Part shown: one piece after another, positions 46,683 to 55,305 of the stretch
How the letters are laid out: every line of letters starts with the position of its first letter
Numbering within the stretch: position 1 is the stretch's first letter
Origin: Alphaproteobacteria bacterium
Lineage (GTDB): Bacteria; Pseudomonadota; Alphaproteobacteria; Sphingomonadales; Sphingomonadaceae
Direction of reading: 5' to 3'
Length of the DNA: 64,000 bases
NCBI GenBank assembly: GCA_006226465.1
Contig: SBHJ01000262.1
Span: 6,092 to 70,091, forward strand
Notes under the pieces: generated by a model
The model's input: the letters and a program-made list of their open reading frames with translations, nothing else
Database searches by the model: none
Told to the model about the DNA's origin: nothing
Program-made: the position numbers and the translations under genes

Positions 46683-48428
46683 TCAGACGCGTGCGTGAAA
46701 AACCATCCGATTGGGATAATAGTGGCGGTTGACAACCTCGACTTCGGAAAAGCCCACTTCCCTGCACATAGCGATCACCGCTGCTTCGTTCGGCCCGAAG
46801 TAGTTGGACGCATCGTTGTTGAGGGTGGCGCCGGGGTAGAAGATCATCGCTGGACGTTCGATCTCAAGCCCGTCGACCCAGGTTTCGATGACGGTCACCT
46901 CGCGGCACAATGACCGCATTTTTGCAAGATAACCGAGGGGATCACGCGCATGATATAGTACCCCAAGAAACAACACATAATCGAACGTGCCATGGATGGC
47001 TGGATCCAGTTGCTCCACGCTGACATTCAGACGCTCGACTTGCGAATTAAGCGCCGCATGAGCCATGCGGAAACCGCCGCCATCCTGGATTCCGTCTCCA
47101 TCCCAGCAATAGGAATCGCTGGCAACAACGCGACTGGCGCGACGTCTCTCGCATTCGAAGGAAAAGAAGCCGTCCCACGCGCCAACATCGAGCACGGTTT
47201 TCCCCGACAGGTCACTTGGCAGGGCGATCGCAGATAGCTTGTGGGGCGTATCATCGGATCCCGGTGTGCTCACGCCGTTTCCCAGATCGATGCGATGAAA
47301 CCAGGGCCGCGACTGAACCATTTGTTCGAGTCCATTGTCCGTCAAAGTCTGTTCCACGTCGTTGTCCTTCTTGATTGGAAGTTTCACGGGCACCGATCCC
47401 GTGGATTGCTGCACGTCATGACCAATGATCTTCCGCGCGTAGTAGAGGTAGGAGAGACCATGAATGCCAATGCTGGCATCTGGTATCACCTCGAGCAGCC
47501 GCATTCCCTCGTCGTCCAGCAGGTTCAGAACTGCATGTTGCGGTACGGCGTGCAGTTCGCCGCTGAGAGCTTGGCCCTTCCCTGCAAGATACTCGGCCGC
47601 GCTGAAGCTGTACTCATGCAGGAAACTCGGAACCTGAAAGACCGCCATGCCCCCAGACTTGAGGCGATTGATACCGTTCCGCAGGATATCGATCGCGATC
47701 GGCGGCGGTGCATATTGGAGCCCACCGACCGAGTAGAACAGATCGGCCGTGTCCGTATGATCGCGAAAGTCCGCAACCGGGTGGAAACTGGGTGAGGAAA
47801 GGCCCTCGGCAAGCTGAGTTTGACCTGCACCTGCCAGGTCGTTCGCGAGCATTTCGAAGCCGATCAATCTCGCCCCGATATCCGACGCCCCGTACAACAA
47901 CCGAAAGCTTTCCGGGCCCATTGTCATGATGACGGAACCTGGCGCGGTTTCCCAGCCAAAGCGGAAGAGAGCCGTAGCCAGCTGCTGCAATTCAGACCGC
48001 CCCGCCTCCAAGATGTGAGCGCGGTTCCACCGTCCGCTTCTGTCCGAAAATCTGGCCGTGTTGCGCCGGAACTCGTCCCTGTAAGATCCAAGCCCGCGTA
48101 AACGCCACGCTTCAAACGTGATCTGGTAAAGTCGGTCGAGTTGTTCGGGAGAGACGTCAAGGTTGACGATATCGGCCTCTTGATAACGTCGGGCCGTTTG
48201 CATCGCATCCGCCAAGCGGCGGTTCTGGGCTTCCTGGCATTGCCAGATCGTTTCGATCAGGTCCCAAAGGTCGGGCGAATTGGAGATATGGAAACCCGCA
48301 ATAGCCGTGCCTTCGAGTTCGCGCCCAAGGAACATTCTATAACCCCTTGCGACGTCAAGGAGTGTCGGCCGCCGCTGGTTCTGAAGCGGCGTTTGGACAG
48401 CTTCGGCCGTTCCATGCTCCTGGCTCAT
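46683..48428 (-). CDS. Multidomain methyltransferase (DUF4214-like, degenerate MTase, CmoB/DUF1698-like MTase)
   Basis: C-terminal WFHRIDLG, VLDVGAWDGFFS, LFLGVLYH; central DLFYS..LQY, LKSGG. Confidence 0.8.
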   Translation of the reverse strand: MSQEHGTAEAVQTPLQNQRRPTLLDVARGYRMFLGRELEGTAIAGFHISNSPDLWDLIETIWQCQEAQNRRLADAMQTARRYQEADIVNLDVSPEQLDRLYQITFEAWRLRGLGSYRDEFRRNTARFSDRSGRWNRAHILEAGRSELQQLATALFRFGWETAPGSVIMTMGPESFRLLYGASDIGARLIGFEMLANDLAGAGQTQLAEGLSSPSFHPVADFRDHTDTADLFYSVGGLQYAPPPIAIDILRNGINRLKSGGMAVFQVPSFLHEYSFSAAEYLAGKGQALSGELHAVPQHAVLNLLDDEGMRLLEVIPDASIGIHGLSYLYYARKIIGHDVQQSTGSVPVKLPIKKDNDVEQTLTDNGLEQMVQSRPWFHRIDLGNGVSTPGSDDTPHKLSAIALPSDLSGKTVLDVGAWDGFFSFECERRRASRVVASDSYCWDGDGIQDGGGFRMAHAALNSQVERLNVSVEQLDPAIHGTFDYVLFLGVLYHARDPLGYLAKMRSLCREVTVIETWVDGLEIERPAMIFYPGATLNNDASNYFGPNEAAVIAMCREVGFSEVEVVNRHYYPNRMVFHARV

Positions 48429-49567
48429 TGGGTCACGACCTTTGCGGTATAGAAAGGCGAGAAAAACAAGTTGAGAATCTGCATTGCCTTTGTGGGGATG
48501 TTGGCTGCAGCATTGCCGACATAGACGACATCGCGCGGGCGCATCTCGAAGCGCTGGGCCAGAAAATAGGCCATGGGATCGCGCATGTTTACCCGGTAGG
48601 CGACTGGCACGGCTCCTTCGGCGGGAGAGCCGTCGAGATTGGCGGGTTCATAGCGAAACACGAACACGGCGCGCGGGTCGGCCTGATTGTCATTGGGGCC
48701 CGCACCACGGCCTAAGGCCTCGGCAAGCGAGACACGAAGATTCTGGAACGGCACTTCGGCCGGCTTTCCTGCCGCGCCTAGCAGCGTGTAGGTGCGAGGA
48801 CGAAATGTGATGGACAACCGGTCCTGCGGAAGAAGTTCGAGGTCGTCGGCCGACCCAGGTTCAATCGCGCTCAGCGGCCCTTCCGCGCTACGGTCGCCAC
48901 GGCTGACGTTAACCAGGGAGTCCGCTGTGGGATTGGCAAGACCTCCGGCGATCGCGATCGCGTCCAGAACGCGTTCGCGGGCAAGTGTGAGAGGAAGACG
49001 TCCGGGCTTCTTCACATCGCCTTGGACCACAACCGTGTTGTTCACATTCTCTCTGATGGCGACCATCACCTGGGGGTTTTCCGAGTTTGCGCGATAGCGC
49101 CCGGTAAGAACCATACCGAGTTCGTCCGGGGTCGATCCCATCGCCTGGATTCGACCGACCCATGGAAGCGTGATCATCCCGTCGCGACCGACGATTACGG
49201 GTGGCAGGGTTTCCCCTGAACCGGTTGCCGGGGCCGCAGGGTCGAGCGTGGCACTCCGGGCACCGAACAATGCGGCGCCGACCTCAAAAATCGATATCTG
49301 AAGGATATCACCGGGACCGATCCTGTCGACGTCGCCGGATTGAGCTAGGACCGCCAATCGCCCTCTCCCGCTCGACGGCGACGCTTCCAACTCGGTGACG
49401 ACGGCCTCATCGAGTTCGACAATTTCGAATTGTCCAAGGTCGCGCTGTGCCCTCGTAATCTCGTGGGCCGTTGGTCCGCTTGAGGAAAGCGAAGCGCAGC
49501 CTGCCAGCAACACAGGAAGGAGAATGATCGCCAGTTGGCCTGTCATACGCTTGACGGGTAAATTCAC
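48425..49567 (-). CDS. Outer-membrane polysaccharide export lipoprotein (Wza/CtrA/KpsD class)
   Basis: Lipobox LAGC, SGP, IGPGD.L.ISIFE, DGMITLPWVG, SLBB repeats, DVVYV.NA. Confidence 0.92.
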   Translation of the reverse strand: MNLPVKRMTGQLAIILLPVLLAGCASLSSSGPTAHEITRAQRDLGQFEIVELDEAVVTELEASPSSGRGRLAVLAQSGDVDRIGPGDILQISIFEVGAALFGARSATLDPAAPATGSGETLPPVIVGRDGMITLPWVGRIQAMGSTPDELGMVLTGRYRANSENPQVMVAIRENVNNTVVVQGDVKKPGRLPLTLARERVLDAIAIAGGLANPTADSLVNVSRGDRSAEGPLSAIEPGSADDLELLPQDRLSITFRPRTYTLLGAAGKPAEVPFQNLRVSLAEALGRGAGPNDNQADPRAVFVFRYEPANLDGSPAEGAVPVAYRVNMRDPMAYFLAQRFEMRPRDVVYVGNAAANIPTKAMQILNLFFSPFYTAKVVTQ

Positions 49568-50931
49568 TGACTGGCTCCCGTTGAGACTGAAGAACGATTC
49601 TTTGTGGGCATCTGCATCAGTTCGGCATGGAACCGCGCGAGGGCCTTCTGATATGGTTCGAGAGCGAAGGCTGCGGCTCGACGCCGGCCCTTCGATATGA
49701 GCTCTGCGCGCAAATCGGGATCGACGTCGATGCGGGTCATGGCCTCGCCAATGGCGGTTGGATCATAGGGATCGACGAGCAGCCCGGCGTCACCAAGAAT
49801 TTCAGGAAGTGCTCCGGCGTCGCCGGCGATCACGGGGACGCCCGCTTGCATCGCCTCGACAGGCGGAAGGCCGAAGCCCTCATAGATCGACGGAAATACG
49901 AGACCTCGAGCGCCTCTCAACAGGATGCCAAGATGCTCTCGAGTTAGATAGTCGACCCGGCGTACACGCTCAGAGCGTGTAAGGGTTGTGCCGTTTCCGC
50001 GCCCAAGCAGGCGCAGCTCACCTTCCGCTAGCCATGCCGTCGGCCCGGCAATCACCAATGGCGTGTCGATCGAGGCACCAAAATAGCCTTCGATAAGCCG
50101 TCCAACATTTTTCTTCGGCTCAGTAGCTCCATAGAAAAGAAAATAGCCCTGCGGTTCGAGATCAAACAGCGCGCGCAATCGCCGCCTATCGGCTTCCTCT
50201 ACAGCGGCAAGGCCCGGAAGACCTGTTACGGCTTGGTGGATTGTCGTGACCTTTTCGGCCGGCACTTCCAGATAGGTCAATATATCCGACCGAGAGCTTT
50301 CCGACACAGTGAGAACGTGATCGCCGGAGGAAATACAAGCTCGCAGAAGACGTTCGTGGTAGCTCTTGTCCTCAAGGCTCAGATACGGAAGTCGCAGCGG
50401 TACGAGATCATGGATCGTGTAGACGTTACGGGCGCCGAGGAGCCGAACGGGAACTGGATAAGTCCAATGCATGATCGCCGGCGGCTCAGCCATACGAACC
50501 GGCATCAGCCGTCCATAACGCTGCAGATAGCGGCGACCGACATAGAACAAGCGGCTGAACGTGAACAACCGGTCACAATCCGGCACTCGTGTGGCGACAC
50601 CGCGCCGCACCACGCGACCAGAAAGCGGTATCTCGATAAGATCACGTGGCGCCGGGTTCAGAAAGTTGCGACGCAAGCGCCCCCAGGGCGTGACTCGTTC
50701 GGGTGCCTCGCCCCCCGAATGACCTTCGGCGAGTGCGGCGTAGAAAAGGGTTTCCCGCTGGTTCGGCGTGCTATTGGGATTGACGGTCAAGCCATAAACC
50801 AGATCGATACGCCGTCCGAGCCCGCGCATCGCTTCGGCAAGCGTCCGCGCATATGTCGCGACGCCAGTGCCATGCGGAAGCGCCAGATTGAAGCCGTCTA
50901 TTCCGACGCGAAGGTTTGGCGGAACGGTCAT
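49564..50931 (-). CDS. GT4 glycosyltransferase
   Basis: GTGVATY, HWTYPVP, IHDLVP, EPKKN, PSIYEGFGLPPVEA. ATGA overlap at 50931. Confidence 0.92.
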   Translation of the reverse strand: MTVPPNLRVGIDGFNLALPHGTGVATYARTLAEAMRGLGRRIDLVYGLTVNPNSTPNQRETLFYAALAEGHSGGEAPERVTPWGRLRRNFLNPAPRDLIEIPLSGRVVRRGVATRVPDCDRLFTFSRLFYVGRRYLQRYGRLMPVRMAEPPAIMHWTYPVPVRLLGARNVYTIHDLVPLRLPYLSLEDKSYHERLLRACISSGDHVLTVSESSRSDILTYLEVPAEKVTTIHQAVTGLPGLAAVEEADRRRLRALFDLEPQGYFLFYGATEPKKNVGRLIEGYFGASIDTPLVIAGPTAWLAEGELRLLGRGNGTTLTRSERVRRVDYLTREHLGILLRGARGLVFPSIYEGFGLPPVEAMQAGVPVIAGDAGALPEILGDAGLLVDPYDPTAIGEAMTRIDVDPDLRAELISKGRRRAAAFALEPYQKALARFHAELMQMPTKNRSSVSTGASQ

Positions 50932-52175
50932 TGCACCAATGTGCTTTCGTCGCTTTGTGTGAGCGCTCGCGCATAAAGGGCACGCAATCTTCGGGCATAG
51001 CGCTCCGGCGTGAAGTTGCGTGCTCGCGCAAAGCCTTCCGTCCGGAGGCGCGCGCATAGTGCATCATCCTGCTCGAGCCTGGCGACAGCCGTTGCAATTG
51101 CAGGCACTCGGTCGGGTTCTACGAGCAGGGCGGCACCGCCAGCGACTTCGGCCGTTGCACCGCGTGCGCTGGTCAAAACCGGACAACCCAGTGTCATCGC
51201 TTCTGCGATCGGGAGGCCGAACCCTTCTGCGAGTGTGGGGAATAGCAATGCTCTGGCCCGGCGGATCAGACCAAGCAAATCAGGGCGTGGCAGATAATCG
51301 AGCCGGCGAACCCTGGGATACGTCCCTAGCATCTCCTCAAGCGCCTCCTCGCCGGGAACGCGAGGCCCGACCACGACCAGAGGCAATGTTCCGTTGCTAA
51401 GCGCATGAGCCTCGGCAAGGGCTATCAAATTCTTCCGGCTCTCGACCCTTCCACAAAAAAGAAAATAGCGCCCACTTCGGATACCTGGGGGCAAAGGTGG
51501 ATCGGCTTGGAGCGGGGTATCGACCGCTTGCCAGGTACTGACGACACGATCCGAAGAGACACCGAGATGGTCGATTATCTCCGCCCGCATCGCTTCCGTC
51601 ACCGTGACAAGCAGATCCGCCTGCTCAAGGATCGCCTTAAGGATACGTGCGTGTCGGTCCTGTGGGATAGGCGTCAAATCAGGGTGGGTGAGCGGGATAA
51701 GATCGTGGATTGTGTAAAGGTTTCGCGCCCCCATGACGTGAAGTGGCACCGGATAGGTCCAGTGCATCACGACCGGGGGCTCCTTGAAGGCCACCGGCAG
51801 CGTGCGACCATGCAGATTGAAGAAGACCTGCGCTTCCCGAAAGAGGTCTGGGACCGCGGGTATATTGGGTGCGTTGACGGGCGCTTGTGCAAGTCGTGGC
51901 GCTCGCCGTGTTGCCGCGAGCCAGCGAAGTGCGCGCGAGCGTGGCCGATCGCTGTCGCCATCACCCAGAATCAAGGGTTCTGCGCCCGCTTCGCTCAAGC
52001 ACTGGCTAAGAGTCCGCGCATAATTGCTGACACCTGTTCCCTGGCCATCCTTGAGCATTCTGCCCTCGATACAGACCTGGACCGGCGCGCCCCCGTTGAG
52101 TGTCTCGACGCGATGAACATAGGTCGGGTCATATAGACGAGAGAGTCGTTCGATATTGCTGAGATCTTGTGTCAA
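50928..52175 (-). CDS. GT4 glycosyltransferase (paralog of the neighbour)
   Basis: GTGVSNY, HWTYPVP, IHDLIP, ESRKN, EGFGLPIAEA. Start uncertain. Confidence 0.9.
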   Translation of the reverse strand: MTQDLSNIERLSRLYDPTYVHRVETLNGGAPVQVCIEGRMLKDGQGTGVSNYARTLSQCLSEAGAEPLILGDGDSDRPRSRALRWLAATRRAPRLAQAPVNAPNIPAVPDLFREAQVFFNLHGRTLPVAFKEPPVVMHWTYPVPLHVMGARNLYTIHDLIPLTHPDLTPIPQDRHARILKAILEQADLLVTVTEAMRAEIIDHLGVSSDRVVSTWQAVDTPLQADPPLPPGIRSGRYFLFCGRVESRKNLIALAEAHALSNGTLPLVVVGPRVPGEEALEEMLGTYPRVRRLDYLPRPDLLGLIRRARALLFPTLAEGFGLPIAEAMTLGCPVLTSARGATAEVAGGAALLVEPDRVPAIATAVARLEQDDALCARLRTEGFARARNFTPERYARRLRALYARALTQSDESTLVQ

Positions 52176-52291
52176 TTCACCTCTCCGGTGAATTTATACT
52201 TACCATACAATCCAAATCGGTAATTTTTTTGTTGTAGCATCAACCCGGATCGGGCAAGAGAGCCCAGTTTATTCTGCAAGGGGCCGGTGCA

Positions 52292-52954
52292 ATGATCCGC
52301 TTCTCGAACGTCGGCATGACCTATCACGCACGGAAATTGCGAAAAACGGTCCTGCGCGACGCCAATTTTTCGATCCGACGCGGCGAATCGATCGGCATTT
52401 GCGGAGCCAATGGCGCCGGCAAGTCGACGCTCCTGAGATTGATTGCGGGCGTCGAATATCCGACCGCAGGCAAGATTCGCAGGCAGATGAGCGTTTCCTG
52501 GCCGATCGGATACACCAGCGCCTTCCAGTCGAGCCTTACCGGTGCTGACAATGCGCGGTTCATCGCGCGCATCTATCGCCGTCCTACAGCCCCCCTGCTC
52601 GCTGATGTGGAGGAATTCGCGCAGCTCGGCGCCTATCTGCATCAGCCAGTAAAGAGCTACTCCAGCGGCATGCAGGCTCGACTTGCCTTTGCAATCAGCC
52701 TTGCCATCCGCTTCGACTGCTACCTCGTCGACGAGGTAACCGCTGCCGGAGATGAACGTTTCCGCCAGCGATCGCAGGAGGCATTGGCGAGCCGCGGACG
52801 CGAGGGGACGCTTATCATGGCCTCCCACGCGCCCGAAACGCTGCGCGAATATTGCCAGCGCGGTGCTGTCCTCGCTGACAGCAAGCTGTCCTTCTACGAG
52901 ACTATTGACGAAGCACTGGCGGTCCACGCCTGGAATCAGCGAAGAACGCGCTGA
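52292..52954 (+). CDS. kpsT: Capsule ABC transporter ATPase KpsT
   Basis: GANGAGKST, VSWPIG, YSSGMQARL, LVDEV; 220 aa with no C-terminal CBM. Confidence 0.94.
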   Translation: MIRFSNVGMTYHARKLRKTVLRDANFSIRRGESIGICGANGAGKSTLLRLIAGVEYPTAGKIRRQMSVSWPIGYTSAFQSSLTGADNARFIARIYRRPTAPLLADVEEFAQLGAYLHQPVKSYSSGMQARLAFAISLAIRFDCYLVDEVTAAGDERFRQRSQEALASRGREGTLIMASHAPETLREYCQRGAVLADSKLSFYETIDEALAVHAWNQRRTR

Positions 52955-53716
52955 CGCGGCACGTCTTTGCCAAGAAAGTTCCATATGTCGCGTTACATCT
53001 CGCACGACGCCCCCTGCTCGCCTGTCCAGATCCGGCGGCGACAGACGCACGCCTAACTGGGATCTGTTGAAGCAGGTTCTTGTCAGCTTTCCATTTGCGG
53101 GTTCCCGCAATCCGATAATAATTCGGCGGGAAAACTGACCTGCCTTTCTCTATGAGGCGGTGCTTCAAAGCCTCGGAGAGCCGTTCGGCAGCGCGCGAGA
53201 CGGCGAAATCCGACTACATTGGAGATGGCCCGGCCACTTGGCCGGTCGCGATCGCTCCAAGTCATCCATGCGACACACCAGCCCACTAGAGATTTTCCGC
53301 TAGGGATTCTCCTAGGGGGATTTTGCATCGTAAACCGGTGGAGGTGCGGGATGTAAGCAGCGCGCTCGAGCTTCGAGATGCCACAGCGACACGGTCGGGT
53401 TTCCGGTGTACCCCCGCGAGACAGTTGTGAGACGCCGTCTTCTTGCAATCACTCGTGGTTTTGCCTACCGACCTTGCTGCTCGTGGAGACGCGAGCGGAG
53501 GCGTGGAAACCTCCTCATGACTCAGAGCCGGCCAGCTTTGGCTACCGGGCAGCGGACGCGTATGTCCAAGGCCCCGGCCTAAAGGCGTTCGCGCCTGAAC
53601 TGAGTCTCAGGTTTCCAATGCCCGGTTTCGCGGGGCTATAGCACTTCCAATTTCGGAACGTGCTTCCGGCTGCCCAATCGAGACGGACGAACGTGTTTAC
53701 TTGAAGTCATGCAGGA

Positions 53717-54274
53717 TTGATCATGGAGAAGTCGCCTGAATCTGGGCCCCCGGCCGAAGACAATGAGGAAAACGACGAATTCCTCTGTGCGGTTGCCGCT
53801 GAGTCCGTAAACGACGCGATCCTGCTCCTGCGGGAGGTGCGCGCGGGAACGTCGATCGCAATGCCCCATCTCGAACGCGCGCTGACCTTGCTGGTCAATG
53901 ATGGGCATATCTGCGTTGATCGCGCGGAAGCGACAGGAGCGCCGGGAACAAAAGACACCATCGTCGGGGCCGGTCTTTCGCCGATGGCGATCGATCTGAT
54001 CGTGGAGCGCCGCCTGCGCGAACTCGACACGGATATAAAGAATCTCGATCGGAAAAAGCAGCGCCTTCAGCGCGACCCGCAATCGGAGATGTCCGCCCAA
54101 ACCCGCCAGCAGGCCATCGCCTTGATGATCGAGGCTCTCGGCCTGCTCGACAGTGTCCATGATGACGAGGCGACCGCCCATCTGCAACTGGCCATTGACC
54201 GGACGCTCGGCCAACAACCGGATATTACGGCGAGAGGGCGTTCCGGCGAGCATGGCAGGCAAAAGCCCCATTGA
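53717..54274 (+). CDS. Hypothetical all-helical protein with an internal repeat
   Basis: 185-aa ORF with two similar helix-pair motifs. Confidence 0.6.
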   Translation: MIMEKSPESGPPAEDNEENDEFLCAVAAESVNDAILLLREVRAGTSIAMPHLERALTLLVNDGHICVDRAEATGAPGTKDTIVGAGLSPMAIDLIVERRLRELDTDIKNLDRKKQRLQRDPQSEMSAQTRQQAIALMIEALGLLDSVHDDEATAHLQLAIDRTLGQQPDITARGRSGEHGRQKPH

Positions 54275-54283
54275 ACCTTCCAG

Positions 54284-54379
54284 CTAGTTCAGTTTGATCA
54301 TTTCCTCGATACGAAGCGCTCCGGCTCTGAGTTTTCTGCGCCACCTCCCCGGCGTAATGCCAATCAGGCGCCGGAATGC
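54284..54379 (-). pseudogene. 3' remnant of the IS66-interrupted AraC regulator
   Basis: Reads AFRRLIGITPGRWRRKLRAG...LN*, completing the second HTH of the fragment at 56891-57291. Confidence 0.85.
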
Positions 54380-54465
54380 GTAAGCGAAGCCTGAGCCCCA
54401 CCTTGCGGGCGTGAGGCGCATGGCCGAGTTTCACCGCCTTTGATCAGGCGGAGGTCGTTAGTGCT

Positions 54466-54921
54466 ATGACGATGTCATGTGACGATGCTGGCACTAGCGA
54501 GGTTCAGCGGTTCGAGGTCTTCACCGGCGCGGGGAAGCGTCGGGACTGGCCACCCGAGGTCAAGGTCTCGATCGTCGCGGAGAGCTATTCCGGCCAAGAG
54601 TCCGTCAGCGCCGTTGCTCGGCGGCACGGCATGATCCCCTCGCAGCTTTTCACCTGGCGCCGCGAACTGCGCAAGCAGATGGAAGCCCAAGGTTTCGCGC
54701 TTCCTGTTGCCCCGGCGCCCGCATCTCTCTTCGTTCCCGCTGTGATAGAACCGTCGCCGCCAAGCGAGGTGCCTGCCGTTGCCAAGCGTCCGCGGCGTCA
54801 GCGCCGATCGCCTTCGAGCGCGGTGGAGCTGGAGATAGATGGTGTAGCGGTGAGGATTGCCCGCGGTACCGATAAAGGGCTGATCGCCGCAGTGATCGAA
54901 GCGCTCAAGGCTACGCGATGA
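54466..54921 (+). CDS. tnpA: IS66 accessory protein TnpA
   Basis: RRDW..E.K..IVAES, VARRHG..PSQLFTWRR. Confidence 0.93.
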   Translation: MTMSCDDAGTSEVQRFEVFTGAGKRRDWPPEVKVSIVAESYSGQESVSAVARRHGMIPSQLFTWRRELRKQMEAQGFALPVAPAPASLFVPAVIEPSPPSEVPAVAKRPRRQRRSPSSAVELEIDGVAVRIARGTDKGLIAAVIEALKATR

Positions 54922-55274
54922 TCGGACCTGGTGTTGGCGCGCGCGTCATGATCGCAACGCGGCCAGTGGATTTTCGCAAAGGGCCGGATGCTCTGGCTGC
55001 ACTCGTCGGAGCCGAGTACGGCGGCGATCCCTTTTCCGGGGTCATCTACGTCTTCCGGGCGAAGCGAAGCGACCGGATCAAGCTGATCTGGTGGGACGGC
55101 ACTGGTCTGTGCCTGATGGCGAAGAAGCTCGAGCAGGGCGGCTTTCGTTGGCCTGGGATACAGGACGGCGTGATGCGTGTGACGGCGGCCCAACTCGGCG
55201 CTTTGCTGGAAGGTTTGGACTGGCGCCGCGTACATGGTGGGCGCCGGCCACAGGCGCCGCAGATTGCCGGTTGA
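54918..55274 (+). CDS. tnpB: IS66 accessory protein TnpB
   Basis: PVDFRKG, DPFSG..YVFR, KLIWWDGTG, KKLEQG.F.WP. Confidence 0.95.
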   Translation: MIGPGVGARVMIATRPVDFRKGPDALAALVGAEYGGDPFSGVIYVFRAKRSDRIKLIWWDGTGLCLMAKKLEQGGFRWPGIQDGVMRVTAAQLGALLEGLDWRRVHGGRRPQAPQIAG

Positions 55275-55305
55275 CGGGGCTCTCGCGTACTGATTCACTG
55301 CCTTC

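Noticed and set aside
52955-53716. Short ORFs or ncRNA downstream of kpsT
   Set aside because: No motif, RBS or recognisable RNA structure; treated as intergenic.
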